Source: the human T2T-CHM13v2.0 reference genome, Homo sapiens. Taken from it: 64,000 nt of DNA. Below the pieces are notes generated by a model that was given only the letters and a program-made list of their open reading frames with translations, had not been told where the DNA came from and searched no databases. A program made the translations under genes and the position numbers. This document shows, in pieces, positions 42,677 through 56,767 of this stretch; position 1 is the stretch's first letter; each line of letters starts with the position of its first letter. Location: NCBI RefSeq assembly GCF_009914755.1, contig NC_060929.1; one strand, written 5' to 3'.

Positions 42677-42723
42677 AAACTTATGTAAATCTTTACAAAC
42701 TTTGTCTAAATCTTTACAAACTT
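42677..42723 (+). repeat. Short tandem duplication, ~21-bp unit
   Basis: taaatctttacaaactt occurs twice. Confidence 0.85.
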
Positions 42724-44019
42724 CCCCAGCAGAAGGCAGGATGCTACTAAGAGTGCCATGTGCAGAATGTTCGTGTGCAGCACACGCATACACACACAAT
42801 CAGTGGTCTCAGCAGAGCGAAGTCATTCGCATTGGCCCTAGATAAAAGCATCCCTCACAGATGGGGATGATAACTTTGATGAAGCACCTTCACTGTTGGA
42901 AACTCTGACCTTCTAGTCACCAGCCAGATTGTTTACAAACAGATAATTTAAAAATAGCCTCATAAACCAACCAAATCATTAGTGCTATAATGCCTTTTAA
43001 GTTATAGATACTTTTAGGATCTATCTAGAGAAAAATAGATGAAATGAAGCTATAATATTAATCAGCTATGAACAGTATATTTTCAGCATTCTCATCATTC
43101 TTTTCTTTATAGTTTTAAATGCACTGTTATCTATTTCCTGTTCTTCAGTAGGTAAAATTATCCAACATTCTTCGTACTGTGACAGTATTTCACTCAATTT
43201 GCCATTTAACCTTAAATTTTGTCATAGGGTTTTTCACTCTCTAAAGATAGACTTTTCCTTTTTACTGAGCTTATGAGTCTTTTAGAAATATAAAGATATA
43301 CGATAGCTTATATTTTCAAAAATGTACCTGCTTTGTGATATATGCAAATATTTATTTTCTCATGCTGAATAAGATAAAAGTTTAAAATACTGTGAGTTAA
43401 AAAAACAGGTCAATCTTAGCTAATATTCCAGGCGGAAAATATAATAACCTTGACATTTTAATTGAGTTCTTGGAAAAATAATAGAATTGGAAAGTGGAAG
43501 ATACAGTTAGGGTATTTAAAGAGCAAGTGGATGCAAAAGCAAGGTGAAAAGTGCTGCATGTCACACATTTGACTAGGTTTTACAAAGTGGTTAGGAAAAT
43601 TGTGACACCTGTTCATGAAAGGAAAATACATGGAGTCCATGAAATCTAGAAGAATGATAACAAGAGATAGTTCTCTTAAGGGGGTGGCAGTGAGAATGAA
43701 AAGAGAAATTGGATGTTGCAAACATGAGAGTGAGATGATGAAGAGAGTGTGTGTATATACTGGGGAGTCAGAGGACATAGTTATAGACTCACAGTCATTG
43801 TAAAAAACAATGAGGCAGCCAGAAAAAGAGAAGTGTTGGAAAAAAAATAAGAAATTAAACATTTTTAACCATTAAATATATTTATTTTGAAAAATCTGAT
43901 ATTTTGCATATCTTTTAACAAAAACAAAGTCTCATAAATGTGGTTGAGAGAAAGGTTTGCTTGGGGAAACAAGACATCTATTGATCAATCAATTGATCAG
44001 TCTATTTATTTTACTATCT

Positions 44020-45150
44020 TGTGTTGTGTATGGGTATATGTGAAATGGGGATAATGCAGGGTAGAGAGAATAATGAGGTCTGTAAGGGGTAAGGTTTTAT
44101 GTAATTCACAAGGGAGATCCACATTGATAAAGTTAAATTTGAGTAGAGATCTAAAGGGAGTGAGGTAGCAATACATGACTATCGGGAGGAAAAATACACT
44201 CAATGGAATGAGCAAACATCAAGGGCCTGGTGTGGGAATAAACATACTTGATGAATTCCATTAGCCGCAATGAAGCCATGGTAGCTGGGCCAAAATGAGT
44301 GAAACCAAGAGTGCTTTAAAAAAATGAGGTTAGAAGCTGGGCGCAGTGGCTCATGCCTCTAATCCTACCACTCAGGGAGGCCAAGGCGGGCGATTGCCTG
44401 AGCTCAGGAGTTCGAGCAGAGCCTGGGCAACACAGGAAACCCATCTCTACTAAAATACAGAAGAAATTAGCCGGGCGTGGCGGTGTGCGCCTGTAATCCC
44501 AGCTACTCGGGAAGCCGAGGCAGGAGAATTGCTTAAACCCGGGAAGCGGAGGTTACTAAGACCGCACCACTGCACTCCAGCCTGGGCGACAGAGCAAGAC
44601 TCCGTCTCCACAGGAAAAAAAAAAAAAAAAAGAGGTTAGAGAGGAAATCTGTAAGCTGGCCTTCCAAGGCTTTGACAAATCTATGGGCATTACTCTACAT
44701 AAGATCAAAAGCCACGGCAAGGACTTAGAATAGTAATATATTACTTAATTTTTAGCAGGATTACTCTGCCTTGGTTTAGAGAATTGACTCCAAAGAAGTG
44801 AAGACTGGCAGCCAGGGGAAAGGCCAGGAGATATTGCAATTGCTTAGGTGAAATATCACCGGCGTCTTGGACCTGCATCATTGCCTGTACAAGATAGTGA
44901 AAGAAACCAGAATCAGTATATAAATTCAGGATGAAGGAGGGAAGACTTTCTGAGAGGAGCTATACAATTTGGAAGAATGATGTTGCAATTTCCTGATGTG
45001 AAAAACATGGAAAGAAATAAGGTTGTACTGGAAAATCAACAGTTTTGTTTAAAACATATCAAATGTGAAATGACTATTAAACATACAAATGAAAGTCAAA
45101 AGCACACTTGTATATGAGTCTGAAATTCAGGAGAAATTTTAGGGATAACA
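44020..45150 (-). mobile_element. L2 LINE fragment interrupted by an Alu
   Basis: atttgagtagagatctaaagg, ttttagcaggattactctg, cagttttgtttaaaacatatcaaatgtgaaatg. Confidence 0.75.
44335..44631 (+). mobile_element. Full-length Alu (S-type)
   Basis: Dimeric structure with poly(A) tail; TSD core GAGGTTAGA at 44326-34 and 44632-40. Confidence 0.97.
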
Positions 45151-48100
45151 CAAATTACTGACTGTGCCTATGTCTTTTAATCTACTTCTGTGTTTCTCAG
45201 TGTATTTTTCTCAGGCTCTGCCTTGCTAAAATGTTCACTTCCTCAGTGGTGGTCCTTTATTAGTTGCAACCTATGAATGTTCAAAGTTCAAAGTTTATTC
45301 CAGGTATATCCTTTTTCAAATGAGTAATGTTAACTTTGCATTTGTTTTGCTTGTTTTGTGAACCCCATGAGTTGTTTGGACTTATCGTTGGAGTTACCAT
45401 TCTACCCTGAGCATTGTCCTATAACATAAAAGCTATTTTTGTGTGTGTGGGTGAAGATGGCAGGGGAGAGTGAGGAGGGAGCTATAAGAGTAGTACTTTT
45501 CTCATCTTTAAAGATATTATATATTACTTCCTACGTAATATTTTCCTGGACACATTAGGTAAATTGCTCTTTGAACACATACATACTTTAAGCAGAAGTA
45601 ACACAGATTAATGGTTATACAATTAAAGTCTGCATCAGAAAAACACATAGTTTGGTTCTAGGCTGTGTACATTCTGAAGAAACACATAGTGAGTTTTCTA
45701 GCATATGATAAGAGCCCATTCCATAACAACAGTAGTAGTAATAACAATGACATCAACTGTAATAACTACAAATTAACTATAGCCAAGAAGATGATAAAGC
45801 AAAGTGATAACAGCTGATCAAAAAAGATAATCATAAGAACATTGACAGAAAGAAAGGGTAGGATCATACATCCGTTTGTTATATGACATTAAATAAAAAT
45901 ATTATGGCCAAATTGAAGATTTTCTGGACAAAGAAAGAAACTTATATGTATATTTTAAAATTTCTTTATGAATGATGATGCTTCTGGTTGGTTTTATATA
46001 TTTCCTATGTAGGCAATTAAAATGTGATTTAGCCAAAATTTGCAATCATTTTAGTCATTTAAATTATTAGTGTTCCAGCTATAACATTCACTAAACTTGG
46101 TTAGTAGTTGCAATAGTTACTTGTTTTTTTAAAGATGAGAAAATGACCCAATGATTTCCTGTCTCATATAGTCAAAAATCTGTCAAGAATTCAAAGCCTA
46201 ACTCATAAATACAATGTTTCACAATGCTTGGAAAATATTTGTTTTTTATTGGTGACATATAAAATCTCATTGATAGTGTTAGAGACTTTTATATTCCTGT
46301 AAAGCCTTAGGAAAAAAACACTTTATTTTGCCAGATTACACTGTTAGTACTTTGCCTTTAATGCCAATTATATAACATATGACTTGATGTCCCTATAACT
46401 AATACTTCCAGAGTTTATGTTTAACTTTATGTTATATCAAATAATTCCATAATTTTGAACATTTTTATTAGATACAGTTTCTCTTTTTATGCCAAAATAT
46501 TTCTTCAAGCATTTACACATTTTATAATGTATTGACCCTTCTGTTTACCTCAAACACATATAAATGGTAAAATAATCACTTTCTGCTTTAGAGATTGTCA
46601 CTGGCATATTGTAGAACTCTAAAGTGCAAAGTAATCATCAGGATACTGATGTTTGCACTATTTCTATTAGTAATTAATGACTTAAATGAACAGTAAATGT
46701 ACACTTATTATAGGTGCAGGTATGGATTGAATGTACACCTATTATAGTGCAGATATAGACTGAAACACACTGACATAATTTACTAGAGACTCTTCTCACT
46801 GGAGGATGGCAGAACAGGACTCTCCAGTGATTGTGCCCCTGTAGAAACATCAATTTGAACAACTATTCACATGAGAAAATACCTTCATGTGACATAAGAA
46901 AACCAGTTGAGAGATCACAATACCTGATTTTAGCAAAATAATAAGAAAAGATGCATTGGAGAGGGTAGGAAGAGCAGTATCTCATTGCCTTTACCATCTC
47001 TCCCCCATCCCCAAGCTGTGAAGCGTGGAGAGAGATGCCATCTGCTTAAGGGAAGGAGAAGAAAGTGTGCATCGACTTTGCTTTGAAACCCAGCAGCAGT
47101 CCCACCACAGAAAAACACAACACCAGACAAATCCCCGTGGCCCCTGATTCCATGTTTGTGCCTGTGGATGAAAGTTCTAGACCTTCCCTGACACTAGCAG
47201 GGAATCCACCATCCCAGCAATTTGAACCTGTGTCCCAGCCTGCTTCACCACCATGTGACTAAAGTAGTCTCAGACCCCCAAAACATTCTAGCAGCTAGGA
47301 AGGTCATGGTGGCCATAGGCTTTGGGTAAGCTCTTGCACTGTGGTGATCTGGGAGGCTATGAGCTTTAGATATAACTCAGCACAGCATCAACTGTGGCAG
47401 CCACAAGTATGCCTGCATCACAGCTTTAACCCCAGGCAGCACAGAGATGAGAAAGTTTTCCTGCCTAGGAGAATAAGAGAAAATTGAGTAAGGGACTCTG
47501 CCTTGGAACACAGGGAACACCCCTGGGTATGATCTTTTACAGGTACATCTGAGTCAGGACCACAGAGTCTGTGAGACAGTTTTAGCAAACTTGGCCTTAG
47601 GGTGCCCTCTGTTGCTATTAGGGCTGTAGTAATCACAGGATTAGAAACTCTAACAGTCAGAATCCATTGATTCTTGGAAAGCCCTCTGAAGAAGGATGGG
47701 TACAAGCAGGCCGGACAGTGAAGACTGGAATAAATACCCAATTCCTTAATGTCCAGACATCAACAGGCATCCACAACCATCAAAAATAATCAAGAAAATA
47801 CGACCTCACCAAATGCGCTAAATAAGGTACCGGTGACTGACCCTGGAGGGATATAGATGTGTAGTCTCTCAGACAGAGTAATCAAAATAGCTGTTTAAGG
47901 AAGATCAACAAAGCTTAAAAAATAAAAATAAAAACCACAGAGAACAATTCAGAAATTTATCATAGCAATTTAACAAATAGATTAAAATATTTTTAAATTA
48001 AAACAAAAATTCTGGAGCTAAAAATAAAGTTAAAAGACTGAAGAATGCATTAGAGGGTCACAACAGCAGATTGATCAAATGGAAGAAAGCATCAGTGAGC

Positions 48101-48287
48101 TCAAAGACAGGCTATTTGAAAATACACAATCAGAATAGAAAAAAAGAAAAAACAACTGACAGGATCTATGAAATTTATCAAAGAACAGGTGTGTTATTAG
48201 CATTCAAGAAGGAGTAGAGAACTAGAAAGAGGGAGAAAGTTTACATGAAGGAATAATAATAGAAAACTTTCCAACCATAAAGAAAAG

Positions 48288-48652
48288 TATATTAGTCTGT
48301 TCTCATGCTGCTAATAAAAACATAACTGACAATGAGTAGTTTATAAAGAAAAAGAGGTTTAATGTACTCACAGTTCCACATGGCTGGGGAGACCTCACAA
48401 TCATGACAGAAAGCAAAGGAGGAGCAAAGGCATGTCTTAACATGGCAGCAGGCAAGAGAGAGTGTGCAGAGGAAATGCCCTTTATAAAACCATCAGATCT
48501 TGTTAGACTTATTCACTACCACAAGAACAGCATGGGAAAAAACCACCCCCATGATTCAATTACCTCCCACCAGTTTCCTTCAACAACACGTGGGGATTAT
48601 GGAAGCCACAATTCAAGACGACATTTAGGTGGGGATACATCCAACAATATCA
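48288..48652 (-). mobile_element. THE1B solo LTR inserted in L1 ORF1
   Basis: tatattagtctgttctcatgctgctaataaa to caatatca; flanks AAAAG and AAAG. Confidence 0.93.
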
Positions 48653-48927
48653 AAAGTTACAAATAAATATACAAGTACAGAAAAGTCAAAGGTCACTAAG
48701 CAGATTCAACTCAAATGAAACTACCCTCAGGCATATAATGATGGAATTCAAATGTCAAGAACAAAGAAGGGATCCTAAAAGCAGCAATGGAAAAAAAAAA
48801 CAAAAACAAAGAAGAAGCAAATACCTTATAAAGGAGCTACAATACACCTGGCAGTAGATTTCTTCACGGAAACTATAAAGGCCAGGAGGGAGTGACATGA
48901 CATTTTTAACATGCTGAAAGAAAAAAA

Positions 48928-48945
48928 CACACACACACACACACA
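48928..48945 (+). repeat. (CA)n microsatellite
   Basis: Directly visible. Confidence 0.9.
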
Positions 48946-49609
48946 AAACTGCCAATCAAGAATATTATACGCATCAAAGCTGTTCTTCAGGCATAAATTG
49001 GAGACAAGATTTTCTCAAACAGTTGAGAAAATTAATCACCACTATACCTGTACTAAAGATACGCTAGGGAGATTTATTCAGTCTGAAAGAAAAGAGTGCA
49101 AAATCTAACCAGAAAATATCTGAAGGGATAAAACTCACTGGTAAAAGTAATTACATAGATGTTTAGAACACTCAAATACTGTAATTGTGGTGTGTGGATG
49201 ACTCAAATTAGTACGAAGACTGAAAGACAAAACTATTAAAAGTAATAGTAACTACAACAATTTGTCAAGGGATTGGCAATTTAAAAAGATGTAAAGTGAG
49301 ACATCAAAAAGTCAAAATATGGGGAAAATATAAAAGTATAGAGTTTCTTAGACTTTATTTTATTTGTGATTAAAGTTAAGTTGTCATCAGTTTAAAATAA
49401 CTTGTTACAGCTGTAAGATGATTGTGTAAACCATATGGTAACCACAAAACACATAATAGATACGCTAAAAATAAAAAACAAGAAATCAAAATATTCTACT
49501 AGAGAAAATCACTTAACCACAAAGGAAGAAAGGAACAAAGCATTTACAAAATAACCAGAAAACAAATTAAAAGTGATAGTCATAAGTTCTTACCAATCAA
49601 TAATACCTT

Positions 49610-49791
49610 ATTAAAATACATGAAGTTGCTCCATACATTTTTTAAAGCACCCAACTACGTGCTGCCTGCAAGAAACTTACTTCACCTATAAAGACTAAAT
49701 TTCTAATTAAAATACATCAAGTTGTTCCATATATTTTTTAAAATTCCCAACTACATGCTGCCTGCAAGAAACTTACTTCACCTATAAAGAC
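49610..49791 (+). repeat. Tandem duplication, ~96-bp period, at the L1 ORF2 start
   Basis: attaaaatacat...gctgcctgcaagaaacttacttcacctataaagac starts at both 49610 and 49706. Confidence 0.95.
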
Positions 49792-51519
49792 ACACATACT
49801 GAAATTGAAGACATGAAAAAGATATTTTCTACAAATGAAAACCAAAAAAGACCAGGAATAGCTATACTTATGTAAAAATATACTTTAAGCAAAAAATGAC
49901 AATAAAAGACAAAGAAAGCTATTAGACAGTGATACAGAATTAAATATATTGGGTAAATATAATAATTGTAAATATATATGCACCTAACACTGGAGCACCT
50001 AAATGTGTAAAACAAATCTTAATAGATATAAATAAAGTTGACTTCAATACAATAATAGTAGGAGACTTTAAAACCCTACTTTCAGCAATGGACAAGTCAG
50101 CCAGCCTGAAAATTAACAACAATAAAAAATGAAACTTGAGCTGCACTCTAGGCCAAATAGACCTAACAGACATTTATACAACATTCTATCCAACAGCTGC
50201 AGATTACACATTCTTCTCAACAGCAAATGGAAAATTCTTCAGCATAGATGATACGTTAGTCCACAAAACAAGTCATAACATATTTTTAAAAAGTAAAACC
50301 ATATAAAGTATTTTTTTTCTGACTACTCTGGAATACAACTAGAAATCCATAGCAGGATGACCTTTGGAAACTATACAAATACATGAAAATCAAATAACAT
50401 TCTTAGGAGAAACCAATGGGTCAATGAAGGAATTCAAAAGAAAATATAAAAATTCTTTGATACAAATGACAATTTAAACACAACATAGCAAAACTTAAAG
50501 AATGCAACAAATGCAGTTCTAAGAGAAGGTTATAGTAATAAATGCCTATGTCAGGAAAAGAGCAGAGAAATCTGAAATAAACAACATGTTATCAAGGAAT
50601 CAGAAAAACAAGAACAATCTAACCCCAAAACTAGCAGAAGGAAAGAAATAATAAATATCCAAGTAGAAATATATGGAGCCTATAGGAAATAATTAGAAAG
50701 ATCAACAAAACAAAGTTTGTTTTTCTAAAAGATAAAAAAAATCATCAAACTTAGCTAGATTAACTCAACAAGAGTGAAGACTCTCAAATAAAATAAGAAA
50801 AAGGAGACATTACAACTAATACCACAAAAATACAAGAATTATAGGAGAATATTACAAACAAGTATATGCCAACAAATTGTAAAACCTAGAAGAAATGAAT
50901 AAATTCCTGGACACATAAAATTTACCAAGATTGAATCTTCAGTAAATAGAAAACCTAATCAGACCCATAAGAAGTCAATAAAATATCTCCTGTAAAAGAA
51001 AAGCCCAGGATCTGAGCGCTTCACTTCTAAATTATACCAAACAGTTAGAGAACTAATACCAATTCTGTTTACTTAAACTATTCCAACAAATTGAAGAGGA
51101 CAGAAAATGTCCAAATTTAATCTAGGAGGCCAGTATTACTCTGATATCAAAACCAGACAAAATCACATACTCACAAAATAATAAGCCAATATCCCTGATA
51201 AATACAGATGCAAAAATTCTCAACAAAATACTAGCAAACCAAATTCAATTAAAAAGATCATTCATCATGATAAAGTCGGATTTTTTTCCTAGAGAGGGAA
51301 GAATGGTTCAATTTACCAAAGTCAATAAACATGATACATGACATTAACAGAATCAAAGAAAAAATTCATATGATTACCTCAATAGAGGCTGAAAAAATAT
51401 CTGATAAAATCTAACGTCCCTTTGTGGTATAAACTCTTGACAAATTGAGTAGAGAAGGAACATACCTCAATATAATATAGGCGATATACAACACACAGTT
51501 AACATCCTTTTTTATTTTG

Positions 51520-51690
51520 TCATGTTGAAAGCACATATCATAAGTTTCTCATTGTGTCTATTCTTCTTTATGGCTTGCTCATCTCTAATTAAAAAATATA
51601 GGATTCTTATGGACAAATCTTTGCTCACGATTTTTGTTCCTAATGCAACACTTCTGTATTCTCAAGTTCATTTATTGAATAAATGAGGTA
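51520..51690 (+). mobile_element. Probable L2 3' end
   Basis: Ends ctcaagttcatttattgaataaatga. Confidence 0.45.
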
Positions 51691-53994
51691 GTTAATTAAT
51701 GCAAAAACTATCACTAAGTCAGTAGGTCCTTCTAATCTCTTTAAGAAAGTTAAATAATAGTAATGTTAAACAGTATTTATCCTTGAAAAACTTGACACAT
51801 TTCATCAGTGCACAAATACTGTCTATCAATTGTAAGAAACTTTGCTTAGGATAAATGTGAGGTATTTCTTATTTAATGTAATTATAAGATAATTTCAGAT
51901 TCATTGCAAAAAATCAGGATTACCTTAATTTTAAGTAATTAGTGAATTTAACTGATAATGCGAAAATATAAAACTTTTAAACAAAAGTAATTTATAATTT
52001 AATAGTACTTTATAAATTGTTTTTGATACTTGTTACTGTAATTTTCTGAGGTACCTATAGCAAACATTGTTATTGCAATAATCAACTACATTACACTATT
52101 AACTATTTAAGGATGGCGAATAAATCTGGATTTGCTATGCTGGTTAGCATAGCAAATGCTATCGATAATCTTCTGTTGAGTACAAAATTGTGGAAAATAA
52201 TTTCAGCAGCACAAAAGCGTATCTTAGTGAACAATAATATCTATTTCATTCAGGCAAATTATCCAATATCTGTGGTTTAAAGTTTCATGGTCTCAGTGAA
52301 AATCTCACACTTCAGTACCTTTGTGTCTATAGCTTTAAATTAATATTTATTGCCCTTCTAGAAAAATGAGTAATCCAGTAGAGATAGACAATTTTGGTAT
52401 GAGGCAAAATATAGTCTTAACCTAGAATTGGTTTTAATCTAATTATTTTAGGAATATTACTTTTCTCATCTCTAAATGTGTTTGCTGACTGTCTTTGTTT
52501 CTCCCTTAAATAATTAAGGCTTTCATGAAAGCTAACTAGAGACTTTATAATGTAGACAAATGTTATAATTTAATTTTATGTTTAGAAACAAAACTTCCCC
52601 AGGTCCCAAATTTCCAATACAAGTTTTAAAAGAAACCACATTTTTCTTTTTTCAGGAACTAGACAAAATAATTCCTAAAAGTTTTCTCTTTAAAGCTAGT
52701 TTTCCTGGAGCCCTTTATATCTGATTAAATATTGAAGCCAATAAAACATGTTGGGAGGTAAAAAAGTACACACAGTTTAGGAGTTGGATGCTGCTGATCT
52801 TTGTTGTCTTATCTCTAATGCGAGCTGTGTTTAAGAACAGTGACCGATGTTTCTGTCCACTAATACCCACTGTCTATTAGCAGGCATCCTAACCCTCTCT
52901 TCTCAAATATGTCCTCTTGATTTATCAAATATGCTATGCTGAACTTTACTCTGCCTCTTTTCTATGTCCTCTTGTTCTATTTTCTCTCAAATCAACTTTT
53001 TGTTCTCTGTCTCCTATAAATTTACTTTTGGTTGCTTTTCATCGACACTGCCATTCTTCAGGGAAATTATCTATTCTTGTGGCTTACACATTAACTTTTG
53101 CTAATGCTTCACATACTTATCAGTTCTGCTGTTTTGCCAGAGGATAAACCCCATATACATACAATATACTAACTCGGTCCATGATTTTAATAGTTTATTC
53201 GCAGATGACAGATTCACGCAAAAGAGCTGTCCAAAGGCATTGTGCAGAAAATGAGAAGCCCTACCACGTAGAAAACGGTGGTATCCCATCAATGATTACC
53301 GGCCACTCCTCAACAGAACTTCACAGCTTTCAATCACCTATGCATAATACTGACAGCACAGATTGTATGGCATAATATCGAGAGTGCAGATTTTATGAAA
53401 TTGCATGATTTTGTCAGCATGCACTTATGTGATATAATTTTGTTTCTGTAATGATTTGAAAATTTTCCAAATCACGATAAACAGCATTTTAGAATAACTC
53501 TTGGAATGGCATCCCTTGTTGATACAGTCTACATCTTGATATAAAACATAACTTTATATCTCAGATGTTATTTATTTTAGGAGGTATTGGTCATTTTTTT
53601 TTTTGCAGCATTGCTTTTCTTATAGAACTCTGAAACAAAAGTGCTTCCAAATTAGGGTGAGCAGTGCATACTTTGTTCACTAAAAGAATCTGCATAATGG
53701 CATGCAACCTGTATGTTGTTTTTGGACTAGAATATTTATTTGATTTAAGTCTGTGAAAGCAAAAGAATTTTAAAAATGATTACTTGTGGTATTTCCATTA
53801 TGTAAAACAGCACTAGTCACAAATAAGTAATTCAAGATATATTTTAAATAAATGAATGAATGGTTAATTAATTAAGGAATCAGGGAATTCATTTTCCGAT
53901 ATTTGTCATCTTTCACCACACTGATTATTCAGTCCTTCTTTATCTCTTTGCAGCTCCTAAGTCATCTCTTTCAAGAAGTAAAATGGGATTACCT

Positions 53995-54106
53995 GGTCCT
54001 CAAATACTGATAACTCTTCTATCTGTGGAAGACTATATTCCCATAAATTTCAGGTCCTCAAATACTGATAACTCTTCTATCTGTGAAGGACTGTATTTAC
54101 ATAAAT
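53995..54106 (+). repeat. Tandem duplication, 58-bp unit x2
   Basis: ggtcctcaaatactgataactcttctatctgtg starts at both 53995 and 54053. Confidence 0.95.
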
Positions 54107-56038
54107 CACTCCCAATTAACCCCAAATCAGTCCTATATATTATAATAGGTTTGTGTAGAACACACTCCACTTTCAGGAACCTTTTACCTCTGCACCTATT
54201 TCTCATAGAAACTTTCCTCCAAGATTACCTAATTTCACTAGCAAATGAAAATTACTAGTTATGAGGACAATTTCAAATCTTCAACTTAACTAGAATACCA
54301 TCTCAATGGTATTGGTTGGAATAATTTTAACATAACATGAAATTCCCTTCAAATGGGTAGGCATTTTAAATGAAAATGAAGCATTTTTTTAAATGCTTCA
54401 TATGGCCCATAAGGTTAAAATTTGTATTAATACACTTTGTACCTGGACAAGATCTGGGGGTACAGGGAACTGTTGAACTTCACTTTGCAGTTCCAACAAC
54501 TTTGAATATTTTTCCTAACCTACAAGATTTAGCATGGATACAGAACTACAATTATAGTGTTCAATATTCTAACTAAAATGGTATTTTTTCCTCATGAGAA
54601 AAACCCTGTATATCATATATAACATTACCAATGAGATCTTTAAATCCCCTTGAGTACTCAGAAAACTAAATATTACTTGGAACTGAAGATTGCCATTAAT
54701 ACAGCAATCCTTAAAAAATTTAAAAATCCATATTCACTCATTTACCAAAAAACGTTTATATATTGAAATCCAAACTGTGTAACTGATTTTGCATCCAAAT
54801 AGTACTTTAGTTTTTCCCTAAATCAATCATATTTTCTTAATTTTTACCTCAATCCACAGGGGAGAAAGACTTCCATCAACTGTCATGTTTCTCCAGTTTC
54901 TAACCAATTCCATTAGAAAAGTCAACTATTAGTAGGCATAAATAGTGTCAACTTAATTTGTATTTTCTTAGAAACTAAAGTTGTTAATCTTCATTTTACT
55001 TGGGTAACTACAATGTACTGGAACACTAAATCAAATGATAGGTATATGTTCACATTGCATGGAAAGCTGTTATATTTTATGCAAATGATTTACATCCCAT
55101 TAGCAGTGTATGAGAATTGCAGTTGCTCTACATCCTGTACAACACTTGGCTATGATCAGCCTATTTAATTTTAGCCATTCTAATAGATGTGAACATTTGT
55201 ATCTCACTGTTGACTTAATTTGAATGCTTTTTACTACTAATATTGCTAATAGCATTTTATGTGTGTATTCGACATTCACATACCTTCATTAGTAACTCTT
55301 TGAATTATCTGTCCTGTGTTTAAATTAATGGTTTTCTTATTATTGAATTTCATGAGTTATTTATATATTCATGATACAAACCTTAATCAGACATGAACTT
55401 TGCTAATTTTTTTAAATTGATGATTGAATTCTTTATTCTTTTAGTAGTATATTTCAAAGGGTAATTTTCATTTTGACGAAATCCATTTTTCAACTTTTTA
55501 ATCAGGATATTTTTAGGGTTTTTTTATTTTTCTTTTTTTCTTTTTTTTTGTATTATATCTAAGAAATGTTTGCCTAATACAAGGTCACAATTATTTTCTC
55601 TTATATTTTTCTCTAGAAGTTAAACACCTCCAAATGTTTTCACTTAAGTCTATGAAAAATGAGTTAATTATATGAGGTATGTTACGAATTAAAGTTTAAT
55701 TTTGATCAAATAAATATCCAGTTGTGCTAGAACCATGTGTTGAAATGATTGTCCTTTAAGTAGACTGAACTTGCAATTCGGTGAGAATCAGTTGATCTTA
55801 TATCTGTTAGTCTATTTGTCCGCATTTTATTTTTTCCATGCATATATTTGTCTACCTTGATGCTAATAACATACTGTCTCGAGGCATATAACTTAATAAT
55901 TAACATGAAGTCAAACAATATACATGCTCCAACTTTGTTATTCTTTGAGCTGTTTCATTTATTATATGTTCTTAGCACTTCCATATGATTTCAGAAATAA
56001 CTTCTCAATTTATAATAAATAAAAAATAGCCTGCTTGC

Positions 56039-56338
<300 letters not shown>

Positions 56339-56561
56339 TAGCCTGCTTGCTAGGATCATGATGAGGACAGCATTGAATTGACAGATTGCTTTGGAGAGAA
56401 TTGACATTTCAACTATGATGGGTCTTTTGATGTACGAACACAATACAGCAATCTTCTATTTTAGATCTGCCTTAATTTTACTCAGCAACATTTCCTCTTT
56501 TTTTGTTTGCCTTTTGAGTATACACTAATTATGCTTATTTTTAGACAGACTTATCCTTAAG

Positions 56562-56603
56562 TATATACATATTATATATAAAGTATATATATATATAAAG
56601 TAC

Positions 56604-56659
<56 letters not shown>
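56562..56659 (+). repeat. Compound (TA)n(GA)n microsatellite
   Basis: Directly visible. Confidence 0.97.
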
Positions 56660-56661
<2 letters not shown>

Positions 56662-56767
56662 TTGTTCTATTGTCTAGGCTGACCTCAAATTCCTGGGCTC
56701 AAGCAATCCTCCCACGTCAACCTCCAAAGTAGCTGAGACTACAAACGTGCAGAGCACCATCCAAGCT
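56652..56767 (-). mobile_element. Alu monomer (FLAM/AluJ-like)
   Basis: gagtcttgttctattgtctaggctgacctcaaattcctgggctcaagcaatcctccc. Confidence 0.85.

Larger units (their letters stand above)
46790..51507 (+). mobile_element. Old LINE-1 (L1M2/L1M3-type) with 5' UTR, ORF1 and ORF2 up to mid-RT; 3' part missing
   Basis: GC-richer 5' UTR from ggatggcagaacagg; ORF1-like atcagtgagctcaaagacaggctatttgaaaata; EN-like gtaaatatatatgcacctaacactggagcacc; RT-like atagaggctgaaaaaatatctgataaaat; homology ends near 51507. Confidence 0.9.

Noticed and set aside
43458-43862. 134-aa minus-strand ORF
   Set aside because: No recognisable domain, and it overlaps purine-rich, probably L2-derived sequence
43978-44003. 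ttgatcaatcaattgatca quasi-palindrome as a DUX site
   Set aside because: The spacing does not fit the 11-bp motif, and it is short enough to be simple-repeat noise
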